Assembly: GCA_965235115.1 (NCBI GenBank)
Contig: OZ249436.1
Coordinates: 40,240,001-40,304,000 of the forward strand
Source of the DNA: Laetmonice hystrix
Taxonomy: Eukaryota
DNA length: 64,000 nt
Direction of reading: 5' to 3'
This document shows positions 1 to 13,155 of this stretch, piece by piece; position 1 is the stretch's first letter; each line of letters opens with the position of its first letter. The notes below the pieces were generated by a model. It was not told the origin of the DNA, did not search any database, and saw nothing but the letters and a program-made list of their open reading frames with translations. Position numbers and translations under genes: made by a program.

Positions 1-165
1 ACAACTTGCACGCCAGAAATGATCATCTCCCATTGTGCACCACCTAGCGTCAGAATTTGTCAAACGTCAAAAGAGAATTCTAGGGACCGAATGCTTCGAA
101 GATGCCATTTGCCATTTTCAGTATGAAACGAAAAATACACATACCTTTACTAAAAGTACATATTA

Positions 166-1011
166 TATCGAGTGGATAAAAAAAACGCCGCCGAACTTTA
201 AACTTCAATATCTCAAAAAGTAATGATTGTAATTCAATGAAATTTTTCTTAGTATCACTTCATGATGTTTTCTCTTAGTTGTTAATGTTACAACTCAATA
301 GCTTGGATAATATTTCCGTGGGGCTAAAAACAAAAATCATTGTACAAAAGCGCAATGCCGGGCTAAAGCGAGTTGTAGTCGCACCCAGAGTGCCTGGCCT
401 CACACTCGAGTATAGGTGGTCAATCGGTCCCCCGTTTTCACTCCATACTGCTCTCAGTCTCCTTTTCCATGAGCCAATGCACTTCCCGATCTCTGATAGG
501 GAAATATCTTCCCAACATTGGGAAATACGCAACGTTCTGAATGTGTTGCTAAACGTGATAATGATACGATTTCCCTTGAACTTCTCGTTACAGTCATATC
601 GTCCTAATGTTGCAGTTTCTCTGTAGGGTTTGGTACATTAAACATCTGTTTTCTCTAAAAGTACTAGGAATAGCACATAATTATTTTATTATATCTAGTG
701 GTCCACAATATACATATTGTAAAACATGCAAAAACTAAATATTGAATTTTTTTATCCAAGGTACAATGCGGTGCATCAAACAGGTGTCAAATTGGGCACC
801 TGGCAGCTGCATGATATTTGACCTAATTCCGGCATTGCGTTTTTAGGCACTGATTTTTGTTTTTAGCGCCACGAGATTATTGAGCTGAGACTTTAACATA
901 CCAGAGATAAAATCATGAAGTGATACTAAGAGAAATTTTATTGCATTATAATACATAGTTTTTGAGATATTAAAGTTTGAAGTTCGGGGCGTTTTTTTTA
1001 TCCACCCGATA
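166..1011 (-). mobile_element. Non-autonomous Tc1/mariner (ITm) element with long TIRs and a transposase C-terminal remnant
   Basis: About 175-bp imperfect inverted repeats (TATCGAGTGGATAAAAAAAACGCC at 166; GGCGTTTTTTTTATCCACCCGATA ending 1011) flanked by TA on both sides. Minus-strand ORF 275..532 reads CWEDISLSEIGKCIGSWKRRLRAVWSENGGPIDH, typical of mariner-type transposase C-termini. Confidence 0.8.
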
Positions 1012-1920
1012 TATAATAACATCTCTTACTTTATTTTACCAGATTCGCTTTCAACCACATGAACACTAAATAACGTTCCATCAGTAGGCCTTAATTCACA
1101 AATTTCAAATATCTGCTGGATTGAATTGTAACTTCCCTTGTAATTCACCTTCACCTTCACCTTAAGAGCTGCTTGAAACGGTTTGACATGTAGTGCATCA
1201 TGGTAAATCCCAAGTTAGGAAGGACGTCGTGAGTTCAATGTTGCATTTTAACTCAGTGGCATTTCGGAAATACGCATGCGATCGACCTCAAATTTTACAG
1301 ACATTAGGCTTAACATGTTTTACAAGTGCACCGTGAGTTTCCTTCCCAAACACCAAATCGTTTCTACGTTATGGCTCGTTGAATGGAGAGATCGATCTGC
1401 TGTTGTACACGTTCCAATAACGAGGGCCTAACAAGAACTCTGCCCCTGTCGTTCAGTTAACGAACACATTAGTGCTAACGACTGCTTCGGGAACAGCCCA
1501 GTGTTCGTAACGAGGGACCAACCAGAGCCTAACGATCACGTTACGCTACCAATGGCTTCGGGAACATGGGCCCAGATTTCTACTCCCGATCGCAGAGAAG
1601 ACCACTCGGTCACCACCAGATCCGTAAATCTGACGGTCGGTCGGCTATTTTAGCATGGCCCCGCCCTAAGAACACTACGAGGGTACACCCTGTCTTACGA
1701 GGTTTGTTCTGAGGGTCGGCCGTGCGGAAGAAAGTTCCGCGTGGAGCGATTAATCGGAATCAATCAGTCGGCGCGGAGTTCACGCGACTGATTTCTCCCC
1801 GCACAGCACCTGCTCCGCGCGGAGAAAGCATATACACTGAAAAAAATCTCACACGACCAATGAAATTTTCGCCGAATGAGGGCGAAATCGGCCACACCAA
1901 GGCTCAGTGTATATGGCCCT

Positions 1921-4113
1921 TGAGGCTTTGTCAAGGGTCGGCCTGCGAATGCTACAGGTCTCCAAATTCCGTTCTCGTCCTCTTGTGAGAGACAGCATCC
2001 CAGACTAAAATTTGATGCGTCGCTACAAAGTGTGAATTTCTTATCAAATTGTGGGTGATACCACATCGTTTGTGATAATCTTTTTAACAGACTCGAAGGC
2101 ACGCTGACAGTCTTCGTCCCGTTCGAATGCAACATTCTTACATGTCAGGCTGTACAGGGGCGCATGACAGAACTAAACCCTTTAATAAATTTACGATAGG
2201 TTTGCACTAAACCGTTAAATGATCGCAGCGACCTAGGCCGATGGAAGGAATGGATAGCTTCCACTTTCTCTGGGTCGGGTCGAATGCCTGTTTCGTCCAA
2301 GACATATCCGAGGAATTGAAGCTTGGGGTTGCGGCGATCGTCGTACCGACCCGGTCGGTCCTGCTGATTTCGTTGACGGGGCCACGGTGGGGGTGTGCTG
2401 GCTCTTTCACCCTGATGTTGGGGCTGCCCGGACATCCATGGGTCCCAGCGGGGAGATGGGGGGGGGGGGGGTGCCTTGGTGCTTGTTCTGCCGGATGGTG
2501 GTGCTGGTTGGACCAGTACTGTGGTGGTCCATCCTGTGGAGGAGCGTTGGTGCTGTATGCAGCAATTGTCTGGTCTGCGGCGGAGAAGGTGTTGATGCTG
2601 CGGACCGCTTGCGTGATACGCTCCTCCGCATCCGTAATTGGTTGCAGCAGGAAGTTTGCCCAAACCGGAGGCCTGTATATGAGGTTTGCTGCCTCTCATG
2701 CTGTTTAGCAATTGACTCCGCCATATCTGTTGGATTGGCAGCACGAACAAGTGTACGAAGGTTAGGCAGCAAACCGTTAGTGAATATGTGAACCCTGAGG
2801 GATTCCTCCAGGCTCGCGTTGGCCATCAGATTGTCCATGGCGTCGGTGTATGCCTGGACGCTCTCATGTTGCTCCTGCCTCCGTCGCTCATACTCTCGAT
2901 CCTGCTGGATCTTTGTGGCCCATTGGAGGAATAGCGCCTCAATCACAATAAAGTCCATAGCCACTGGCTTTCCCCGAATGTTGTTCAGGTACCAGTTCCT
3001 GGCACGGCCTGTCAGAAATTTCTTGAGGCTCGTGCACAAAGCCTCCTTGTTGTGGGGACACAGGCTTTGGAAAAATCCCCTATACTCCACTTGGCGCTTC
3101 CTCGACAGATCGCAGATCATGTCTCGGCCGTAATGGTCAGGTCGCCATTTTTGAAAGTAGTCACACAACAAAACAAACCCATGTGCTTTCCACAGCTCCC
3201 ATTTTGGCCTTTGTCGCTATAAAAAAATTCTAGTGGGTTCACGGAAGGGACGGTGAACAGAGTTATGTGAAATAACGTCCTCCTTAATTTGTATCTCGCC
3301 TAGACTGCCTCACTGCCTGTTTCCGAGCGCTTCGCACTAGCAGTAGCAGCGGCGGCCCGTGTCGCCGCTGTCGGTAGCTGTGACTGAGTCTGAGCATAGA
3401 ACTGTACTGGGAGTCAGCGAGTGTTGGTGGCCGACGATGGGACGAATGGAGGCCATAAGCCATTTCCAAGTTGAGCATGTTTCTCGCTGTTTTGGTTTAA
3501 CTGCCGCGACGTTCCTTTGGTTATTGGACAGTTTTCAAGTGCATAATGCAAACACTCATCAACCGCTGCCATTACGCTGTAGGGATTACTTGGTCAGCGC
3601 GCATTGTTGTGCTGTGGTTGTGGTTGTGGCTGTGGCTGTGGTTGAGGCTGTGGTTGCAAGCATAGGCCTATAGGCGTTCCAGGAGGAGAGTCAGCCGGTC
3701 GTTCGTCTGTTTCTGTTCCCAACTATTTGATGGAGGGGAGCCTGAGACTCTGGCTGGTCGTTAGGCTCCGGTCGCTGTGGCGGGATGGGTGCCAGCCGAT
3801 ATGAGGGCGGAACGCCGAACGTTGTTCCTCAGGCCCAGGTAATGATGCCGGGGGCGGCATCTGGATGAGTACTGTTGGCGAGATGGGGTGGGGCGGCGGG
3901 GTGGAGGCAACACCCACTCGTACTCGCTCGCTGTTGGAGACGGGTCTCCGATCTGTGGACGTGGCGCGTCGCCACCGAGCCGCATGAACTCGTCCTCCAT
4001 CCTGGTAAGACGTCCGCAACGAGAACGTGGATTATAATTTACTTCTTTTCTTGGTCGCAATACTGGCATGTGAAAGGTATTGCGGGATACCCGGATTGTC
4101 CACCAGTGTAACG
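1921..4113 (-). mobile_element. Decayed, internally deleted Ty3/Gypsy LTR retrotransposon (gag, RT thumb/connection, RNase H remnants)
   Basis: Gag capsid motifs FLTGRARNWY...RRQEQHESVQAY...FTNGLLPNLR (2407..3171). RT C-terminal part FLGYVLDETGIRPDPEKVEAI...LRSFNGLVQTYRKFIKGFS (about 2145-2320). RNase H FTLCSDASNFSLGCCLSQ...WRPVAFAGRPL (about 1921-2060). Frameshifts lie between these parts. Confidence 0.88.
4086..4112 (-). other. Gypsy primer-binding site (tRNA-Ala-like) and 3' boundary of the 5' LTR
   Basis: Minus strand reads GTTACA-C-TGGTGGACAATCCGGGTATC: an LTR ...TTACA end followed by a sequence resembling the complement of a tRNA-Ala 3' end (TGGTGGAGAATGCGGGCATC), just upstream of the gag-like ATG at 4069. 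Confidence 0.65.
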
Positions 4114-5821
4114 TCTAAGTTTCTTGTTGCTTCTAATGTCTTTTAAAGGAGAAGTCCAGTCAAAAATCACATTTGGACAGCTGCAAGGCCTCTATATACA
4201 CTCACCTTTCGGAGTAGTGGTTGGAAATAAATGTCCCCCTATTCCAAGAAGTCATAAGTTGAACATGGCAACCGTGTCAAAATCACTGGCTTCAGCCACG
4301 CAGCCATTTGTTGCTATTGGGCTGGCCGGAAGTGACGTTCCAGGACCCATCTATATTGCATGCCGGGGCTAGGCTAGACTAGACTAAAGTAAAGGCAGCC
4401 GAGGCGGGTCGGCAACTCAACGGGGGTCAATCCCACAGTCACAGTCACAACTAAACGCAACAGGTCTGTGCTGAACTGACCACAGGAGTCTGACGCTGCC
4501 AGCACCCGCCCGCGGTCGGAGTCAGGGCCCGGCCCCCGGCCCAGTGGCCCTGGGCTCAGTCAACATCGCACCTCCGAGCGGGACGAATTGAATGCAGGCG
4601 GCCGAAACCCACGGCTGGAGCTTGCCCAGATCCGTGTCCACCCGGATATATCCCCTGACATCGGTAGGCTTAATTCCTAGCCATTCCTCATCACTATGAT
4701 CGATGGTTTTCGTCTATGTTCTAACAAATTTTGCTTATAAGCTGTCAACGTTCACGCTACCTTTCGAATCGCTCAACGCAACAGGTGCGTCAGTTTTTCG
4801 TTCCTCCCAAACTGGAGAGCAGTGGTCCGAGCATGCGCAGTGTGAGATTAGCCCAAGGAGCAGACGCTAATGGCGGAATCCACCAGCGGAGCAGCCTCTA
4901 AGCAGGCTCCGGTGTGGCGGTCCTGTTGTTCCTGTGGACTCGTTGTTCCTATAGTATCCAGTGCGCATGCGCAGGATAGAAGCCACTCCCACAGGAACTT
5001 TGGGAACGCGTATAGCCATGCCCTGGGTTCCCCCGGTCTCAGAGTTACCCTACAGCGTAGTGGTGATAGTGGGTAGCACCACTTAAATTAGGCTGACTGC
5101 ATGGAAAAGGCGAAGTAAAGCAAGTTGTGTTTTATTGTCCCGTCACTTGACTGGCATACATCCATGCTAAATGTAAAAAAAAAACATAACGCAAAACCAA
5201 TCAAATTGAAAACATAATAAAATGATATTTAGATAAGTCCAAGGCAAATAGGTTCTGAAGCAGCCACTACAGCATACCTTCTTTGTAAAAAATGGGCCTA
5301 GTACTAGATCCTTTGCTGTAACAATATAGAATTTGTCCTAAGGTTGATTTGCTTGGTAAGGTAACATGTAAAAATGCGGCCTACAGTAACTGAAAAATGA
5401 AGACACAACGTCTTACACGGCGGTGCAGGAACAACTGGACTGGGGCTCTAGCTGTTGCTGTCCGAGGGACGGTTTTCACGCCTGCACGGCTGAGCGCACA
5501 TGCGGTTCTGGATTCTGATTGGATATAGGAACTTTCGGACTGGCAGGAACCCCGGGACCTTGACACCGGCACTAAAGTGCTTATATATTTTTTTTATTAT
5601 TGAACATCTTTACCCAGGATAACCCTCTCGGGTGGGAGCCGTTGCAAAACATTAAAATACACCACCTTGCATAACAAATATTACCTTACCTACATGTCAA
5701 CATTACATAGTAAACCACATGATCGACAATCAATAATTGGTGATCTCCCTGTCATTATCAATGATAAATATTCTAGTGTAGTAATTTTTTTTAATTTCTT
5801 CTTTGAATGAATTAATCTCCC

Positions 5822-6050
5822 TTATCTAATATGAACAGGCAGACTGTTCCACAGTACAGGACCATAGTAACAATTTGGTTTTTTAAAAAGCTCGCTCTTT
5901 GGTCGCGGGACATGAAGTAGTACAGCATCGTGAGCATTCCTCCTAATAATTGTTGCGAAGTTGTTGTTTAATTGAAAAAAGGTGATTTTTTGTAACATCA
6001 TTGATCTCCTGTATTTGCAGGGAAGTAATGTGGCTTCAATATGCAAGTCA
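5822..6050 (-). mobile_element. 3' remnant of a CR1/L2-group LINE ORF2
   Basis: LHVPRPKSELFKKPNCYYGPVLWNSLPVHIR matches the conserved C-terminal (Y/F)xGxxLWNxLPxxIR motif of CR1/L2-clade ORF2. Confidence 0.65.
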
Positions 6051-6671
6051 ACTGTATTGTAGTATCTGTTAAGAGCAATTTTTAACCCGTTATTTTGCAA
6101 CTTCTGCTTATATAGTTCGATATATCTTATCTGATACACATTCATGCCCCACATGTGTGTCTGAGATATTCTCTCTAAGAATATCGGCTCCAAGATTCAA
6201 TTTTACGTGGGGACCTATATAGAGATTATGTTCGAGTCCCCCCAGCGCAAAGTTCTCTTACCAGTCCTCGATGCCCAGCAAGTGCTTGAACAACCAAATC
6301 GTCACGGTATGTCGACAGTTGACTTTTCCCTCTATAGCCTACTCATCCCCTGGAACGCAGGAGAACAACATATCTCACTCGATCTGAACGAATTCGTTGC
6401 ATTCTTGAACTGAAAATGGCTGAAATTATACTTTGATTTGGAGGGAATAAAGCTTGAAATTCACTGGCGCAACACAGTGTCAGTTCCTCCGTTTGACACC
6501 AGGAGGCAGCACATCATAGATTAAGTCTGCTGTGAGGTAGCTTGTCAATATTGATGGCCCTTCTCAGACTCTGTAGATAAAATAAGCTTCAATGTTCGGT
6601 CAAGTAAGCTAATACTATCATCCCGATTTCTAAACTACAGAGTCATTAGATTAAGCCTCTAGTCAAAGTTC

Positions 6672-7898
6672 CGTAAACTGGGGCTACTTGAGTCATCTGG
6701 CTTTTTGACTGCTTAGCACAACAGTATGGGCAATTATTCCCTGGCTGTTTCATTCACTGCTATACTTTAATCAGCCTTTTCTCTTTGGTGTTATGGTGTA
6801 TGAGAATGAATGCAAAAGATTCTGGAAAAATTTCAACCTGCCAAAACTTATTTTCAGCCTATAGACTGGGCCGATCACGTAAAGTAATATCATACTCAGT
6901 ACACTATAAAACTGAATATTTTTTTTCAATGGGGAAAGTACACACTACCAATTAAAAAAGGAATAAAAAGAAAAGAAAAGACAAAACATGAAAAGAAAAT
7001 CGCTCTTATCCAATCGCATGTTGAGTAAATAATAAAGTAGAGTTTACGTTTCCTCTACGTTATAGTTAACGTATTATAACGATAACTTCAAGTCATTTTC
7101 AAGGTCAAAGCTGAAAGTATTCCAAGTTGCCCCAGTGTATCCCAAATTGCCCCAAATCGGGGTAACTTGGAAGAGGTTGAAAATTGATAATAGGGGCCTA
7201 TCACATGAATAATCATCATCAAATTGAGGCCTAAATAAGAGGGGCATATTATGAGGAAACGTGAAAAATCTGTATTTCAAAGAACTTTTTGCTGTTTTCA
7301 TAAAGAGATCCTTCATTAAAATTGCTTGGTAAACAAAAACAGACTTATCAGTTTCAATTTGCGTGAGAAATCGAAGTTTATGAAGCTCCCTTGCCCGCTT
7401 CTCTGCCGATTTCATAAAATATTTTTTGGGTGGATTCTGATGCCAGACAATCGAGTGCAACTGCTGAATTGTTTACAACTAAACAAAGCACGTGACTAAG
7501 CACATGCAGAGAGTGCACACGCAGGATGTGACGCCGTATGCAAATACACGGGTTGATGGTAGGTTGTCTACCAAATTATGGCAGATGTGCTATCGGGAGA
7601 AATCTATGGGTTTGGTCGTATAGAACCTAATTGTGCTGCATACGCAGCGAAAACACGTCGGAGGACAAAATGCTGTGGTAGGATTATTTACTTGGATCCC
7701 TAGTACACGGTCATGTTGGATAATTGCCGGAAATCGTCAAAAACGTGTTCCATAGCACGCCCCTTTAAGATCGGTCACTTTATGTAAAAGTGATACCGTC
7801 ATCTTTTAAGTAATCCTTGGTCTTAACTGATAGGCAATTCTGATAATTATTACGTTTAAAAAAACTTCGAAAACTGTCCCAAGTAGCCCCGTTCTACG
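6672..7898. mobile_element. Non-autonomous pogo/TcMar-like TIR element
   Basis: Left end CGTAAACTGGGGCTACTTG and right end CAAGTAGCCCCGTTCTACG are imperfect inverted repeats. The motif recurs internally at about 7121-7172. No transposase ORF. Confidence 0.6.
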
Positions 7899-8424
7899 AT
7901 ATGTACCGGTAGGCTACTCTAAAAAAAAGTGTATTTGCTGCACCCTGGTGGGCGAAAGAAAGTGCCTCAACTTTCACCACCAGGGGGCAGTTCAGCGGAT
8001 AACACATGGGGCTCGACCGTGTGTGTGACATGGGGCTCGACCGTGTAGGCCTATGAGTATGACTATGTGGCCTCGGCCTAGACTGCACCTCCGCTATTCT
8101 AAGAAAACTGGAAAATGACCTGGGATGCCTGCCTACCATAACCTTTAAGTTTAGGACCCTTCCCATCTTATGAATTTGTAGATTGTAGGCCTAGACTATA
8201 TAGTCAGTGGATTAAACTGGATTATAGTGGATTCGATCTAACGTATAGATTAAAATTTAAATCAGGTTCAGGGCCCACCCGGCCCACCCACCCACCACCC
8301 CACCCCACCCACCATATTTTCAAAACTCTTGAGACTTGACTATTTTCTATGCCTAACCACTGCACCATCCCGGACCTGTCTTACTAAAATTGCCACTCCC
8401 CAATTTGGTAAATCATGGACATTC

Positions 8425-8771
8425 CAGGGGCGTAGCCGTAGACAAGAGTGGTAAAATCTGGGGGGGCAGTGGCGGATCCAGTGGGGAGGCTTTGGGGGCT
8501 TAAGCCCCCCCCCCCCCCCCCCAGCTGACTCCAGATTTTTTTTTCCCCCGGGGATTAAATACCCTCTGTATTCCAATCTCTCCCAGGGTTCACCGCGCCG
8601 GTCTCACATGTATCTAGCCCCCCCAGTTCACTCAGTGCAAAATCCTGGATCCGCCCCGGGGGGGGGGGGCTAGAAAACAACCCGGGGCACAAAGGTCTCG
8701 AGATCTGTTGTCCTTTAAAAATCTAGGGGGGGGCCTTCAGCCCCCCTAAGCCCTCCCTTGTCTACGCCCTT
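8425..8771. mobile_element. Nested small GC-rich MITEs (CAGGGGCGTAG...CTACGCCCTTG enclosing CAGTGGCGGATCCAG...CTGGATCCGCC)
   Basis: Two pairs of short inverted termini with G/C homopolymer runs. The inner family also appears at about 49484-50270 in the FADD intron. Confidence 0.5.
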
Positions 8772-8852
8772 GCATTCCGACATCCCCGACACCTCACAAC
8801 GGCGGGGATATCCCGCCTGATCTGGAGAGTCTTTGGTGGGGATTTTGCAGCT

Positions 8853-11800
8853 GGGCAATTCCATGAGTAACGGACTGACATTTCAGAGAAAAATGATCGA
8901 ATTTTATCCCCCTACCATTTACATGCCTGAGCTAACCTATGTGTTCTGTGGTTATTGGCAAAAAATTGACTCGGTAACGGACTGACGCAGAAATATGAAA
9001 GATTCAAGCCATGCAGATGTATTCAATTCTAAAACTTTCTGAAGTTTTGTGCATAGTGGGCAAATTTATATTATCAAGTTATGCATGGATACTGTCCCCA
9101 TGATATAAATATCTTGGATTGCATCTGTCTCCTTTTGAGCCAGTTGCCAGACCTAATAAAGGTCTCGGTAACGGACTGACATTTGAAGGTAACGGACTGA
9201 CATCTCTGAAAATAACAAACCAAATGGCATGGATTTTCAAATTTCCATTATTTTTGGCCCTTAAAGGGTAACTGAACTGAATAATTGCAGGTCAGATTTG
9301 ACGTTTGTTTCTTTTTTAGAAAGAAAAAAATTTTTAGCAAAGCATGTCACTGTCATTCTTCGACGGAGTCGTTTCTATTGTACATTTCCAATTTTTCACA
9401 CTCCTTTCCCTAAAGCGAATAGGCCCAGATACAGTCTACCACACATCCCATGAGGATGCGAGCCCTTTATCTAAATATGTAAATTATCCCGGCACGTTGT
9501 ACCAATCAGAATGACTCCCTCTTCTTATCTATTGTACGTCAGACATGAAAGAGAGACAGCAACATACAGGAATGTATGTACAGTGATAGCTGAGATACAC
9601 CTCATCACCTCACACACCTCATCGCAAATGGCTAAAAAGTAGAAGGGGTGAAAAAAAATTATGGAATCCTGAGGGCTGCATTGAATTGAGCGTAGAAACG
9701 GCAAGAATAGTAGAGTAGAAAAGTTTATATTTTAAATGCTTTCTGAGGATAAACTCTAATGTCAGTCCGTTACCGACTTACCGTACCGAAAAATGTCAGT
9801 CCGTTACCATGGTTTTTCAAAAATACAGTTAAAAAAATGAAACTTGAAATTTAGATTTGGCAGAAGATGGAATCGAAGAATATCAGGTGTGTCAGATTTC
9901 CCTGAATCATTTTAATCAAAGCAGAAAAAAAATCCATCTGAACGGTAACGGACTGACAATGGTCCTATCATGAATTCCACGAAAAACGTAACCATGTGAC
10001 GATTTTTTTAAAAACCATTTTTCTATCAGTTTTGTATTTTAAAGGAGGGAACGCATCATATATTTTCCTGATTTGATATCAAATTTTAGATTACCAACAC
10101 ATTTTAAGTTTTTCTGGGGACCTATTTCACCCGAAAGTAGTACGTCTTGCCGGTGTAATTCGTCTGCTTGCTGGGAGAGAAACGACACCAGTTTTAATCG
10201 ATCCTGTGCGCAGGCATCAGACGTCGTGTAAAGACAATGCTACTTTTTATTCATGAAGTAGGACTTGCTGTTTCAAAAAATATCAGTTGTTCTGATGTGG
10301 TAACAGTATTAATGCTCTAATATAGATTTGAGTGTGAGCCTCTTCACCGCCATGCATTCCATGACGTATGTGATTCCGTCACAATTCCACATCAACTTTT
10401 TCATCTACGAGATAAAATCGCGCGGCAAGAAGTTTGTTATCCACAATCTAATTAAAATTAAGTATGTCTATCTTCTCAGACCTCAAAATATGCTCGTAAT
10501 TACGATAGTTTATCAAATCTAGCCGTGACGGAATCACCTGTTTTGCGTCCGTGACGGAATCACATATATTAATTGTTCCGTAGTGGGAGTGATATTAATG
10601 TTAAATTTTAGATTCGAGTGTGAGCACCTTCAGCCTCGTGAAATTAATAAGACGTGATTCCGTCACACTTTCATGCCAAATTTTTAGTCTACAAGGTTAA
10701 ATCACTCTGGCAAGTAACTGATATGCATAACATAATTAAAAATACCTTTGCCCATCTTGTAGAACCACAAAATGAGCCAGTGATCATGGTAGTTTATAAA
10801 ATACAGTCTATAGGCGGAATCTGATTCCCTTGACGGAACCACATTAGACATGTTAGACAATGGAACATCATCAGAAATACATGCAGTAGGCAGGGGCCAA
10901 CATGGCATGCCTGCAAGTGAAGGCATAGGTGTGACTGCGCGGTAGAAGTGGAAGTTTTGTATGGGAAAGCCAAGGGCGGATTTAGGGGGAGCCGATCGAG
11001 GGAAGAGCTCGAATCTGTAGGCCTACAGATTAAAAAAGAGATGATGCATGGGTAAAATGCATCAAGTGCCATGATTGCTATCACGAAACATGTGCTGAAG
11101 ACAATGGTATGATGGCGGATACTGATGACTTTATTTGCATAAGGTGTTTCTAAGGTGGCTACTTGCGAACCTGATTAACTGTTATCCTGGATCAATTAAA
11201 AACAAACAAACAAAAGCCACGCATTTGGTAGCATAAAGTCCGACGCTACTCATGTTTCTAGAATGAACTTTTTTCTCTCTTAAATTGTTGAATTTATGAA
11301 AATTTCATTTCTTTTCTTGCATTCGTCTTGTTTGTTATACCACATTGGAATAAACAGTCTATTCTCTTGAAGCTAATGCAGGCTTCCCGGGTAGACGCCA
11401 AAGCAAAGTGCGAAGCGTGCATGCATGTTAAAAAAGGAGTAGGCCTAACCGCATTAGAAAAAGGCCTAGTAGTAATTCTCGCAACAATTTAAAGATTCAT
11501 TCAAAGTTATAAGGGTGGGGTTCATTTTGCTGAGAGTACACTGCCTTCAGTTCAGTGTCAATTATAGACTTGTGATTCCGTCACATTGTTCTGGTGATTC
11601 CGTCACGAGGAATTGACCTGAGATATCCCAGCCACCTGGGCGGAAAGTGGACTTCTGTTATTATCAGTGATAAGAAGAGACGACACTTTCTTTAGGCAAT
11701 GCAGAGTCCAACGTAATCACTCATGCAGTTAGCAGAGTTTTGAGATGATTTATGGTCAGTGGCATATCAAGGGTAAAAAAAATGTGATTCCGTCACAAGG

Positions 11801-12743
11801 GTTAAAAGGCCACCAAAAATTACTCTGTGTATATTGTTACTGTTTCTGTTATAAGCAACAATGTTATGTTTGAAGTTTACCAAACAAAAGAATTCTGAGT
11901 GTGTCATACACTGAAATAAACCTATTTCTTCTGTCAAGTTTCCCTCCAAAAATGTGATTCCGTCACGCTGGAATTCATGCTATACACCTATTTTTAATTG
12001 ACCACTGTGGGGAACTTTTGGTACACTCACACACCTCATCGCAAATGGCTAAAAAGTAGAAGAGGTGAAAAAAAATATGGAATCGTGAGGGTTGCCCTGA
12101 ATTGAGCGTAGAAACGGGTCTGCACTCTTGAAAGTTTATATTTTAAATGCAGTTTCTGAGGATAAACTCTAATGTCAGTCCGTTACCGGTACCAAAAAAT
12201 GTCAATCCGTTACCATGGTTTTTCAAAAATACAGTTTAAAAAATTGAAACTGACTATTATATTTAGATTTGGCAGAAGATGGAATCGAAGAATATCAGGT
12301 GTGTCAGATTTCCCTGAATCATTTTATTAATTAATCAAAGCAGAAAAAAAATCCATCCAAATGGTAACGGACTGACAATGGTCCTACACCTATTTTTAAT
12401 CGACCACTGTGGGGAACTTTTGAGAGAACGACTGTTTCATCCTTCATTTGCCAGTAAATCAAACCTAAAACAATAATAATATGTCTGTCCCATTTATCCA
12501 GGCAACAAAGAATTAGAAAATATGACCAGGATACTATGATGAGCAACCTTTTGTAGAAAGGGGTTAATTTCTTAAGGAAACCCACAGAACCAAGTCATTC
12601 TCTAAATAAAATTACCCGCATTCATATGTACCACATAATTTCCTTCACAAAGATAGCATAGGCCCCTATTGGCATATGACCATGTAGAATCAATTTGGAA
12701 AAATCACCCGAGGCCGAGGGGGGACATTTTCACGGAATTGCCC
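8853..12743. mobile_element. Non-autonomous TIR DNA transposon with 4-bp TSD (AGCT) and subterminal GTAACGGACTGACA repeats; superfamily uncertain (Sola-like?)
   Basis: AGCT|GGGCAATTCC at 8849-8862 and GGAATTGCCC|AGCT at 12734-12747. GTAACGGACTGACA recurs in both orientations. Internal duplication of about 9609-9968 at about 12027-12386. Confidence 0.7.
9969..11979. mobile_element. Nested TIR element with 4-bp TSD (CTAT), repeated GTGATTCCGTCAC motifs and a PHD-finger remnant
   Basis: CTAT|CATGAATTCCA at 9965-9979 and TGGAATTCATG|CTAT at 11969-11983. The plus strand at 11034-11153 encodes KRDDAWVKCIKCHDCYHETCAEDNGMMADTDDFICIRCF*, the C-terminal half of a PHD finger. Confidence 0.72.
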
Positions 12744-13029
12744 AGCTAGGCTGTAGGGGATCCCCCTTTATCTCCCCGTGATTGCGTGAAATGCGCCGTA
12801 TAGCCTAATTTGTAGACGATGCCACCAGTTGCACCCCCCCCCCCCCAAAAAAAAAATCCCCTTTTGGTCCCTTCTTCCGAAAACCAAGATCCTTCGGCGT
12901 AGTGTAGGTCTGGCTGGCCGGAGATCTTGACAGCCTAGCCCGCAGTCAGTAGACCATATGATTTTCGTAAACCACAACGTTTCGCGCGATAAATTATGTC
13001 GCGCTGCGCCCTTGGTTCCTAGAAACTCG

Positions 13030-13155
13030 ATTGACCAATCACAAGTCTCGTTCTATAAAAAGTATGTATTCTAAATGCACATGGATCGATGACGTCACAT
13101 ATGGTTCGGAAAGCCCACTACACATTGGGGCCGATCTACCGGGGTGACGGAACAG
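13030..13155 (+). promoter_or_regulatory. OGDH promoter and non-coding first exon (CCAAT box, palindromic CRE, donor at 13155/13156)
   Basis: CCAAT at 13035-13039, TGACGTCA at 13090-13097, CAG|GTAAG donor at 13155, and acceptor TTTCTCATCAG ending about 13636, just before the ATG at 13665. The region is CpG-rich. Confidence 0.6.

Noticed and set aside
4144..5090. Kolobok-like element starting TTAA|AGGAGAAG
   Set aside because: No matching right terminus found, so its boundaries cannot be supported.
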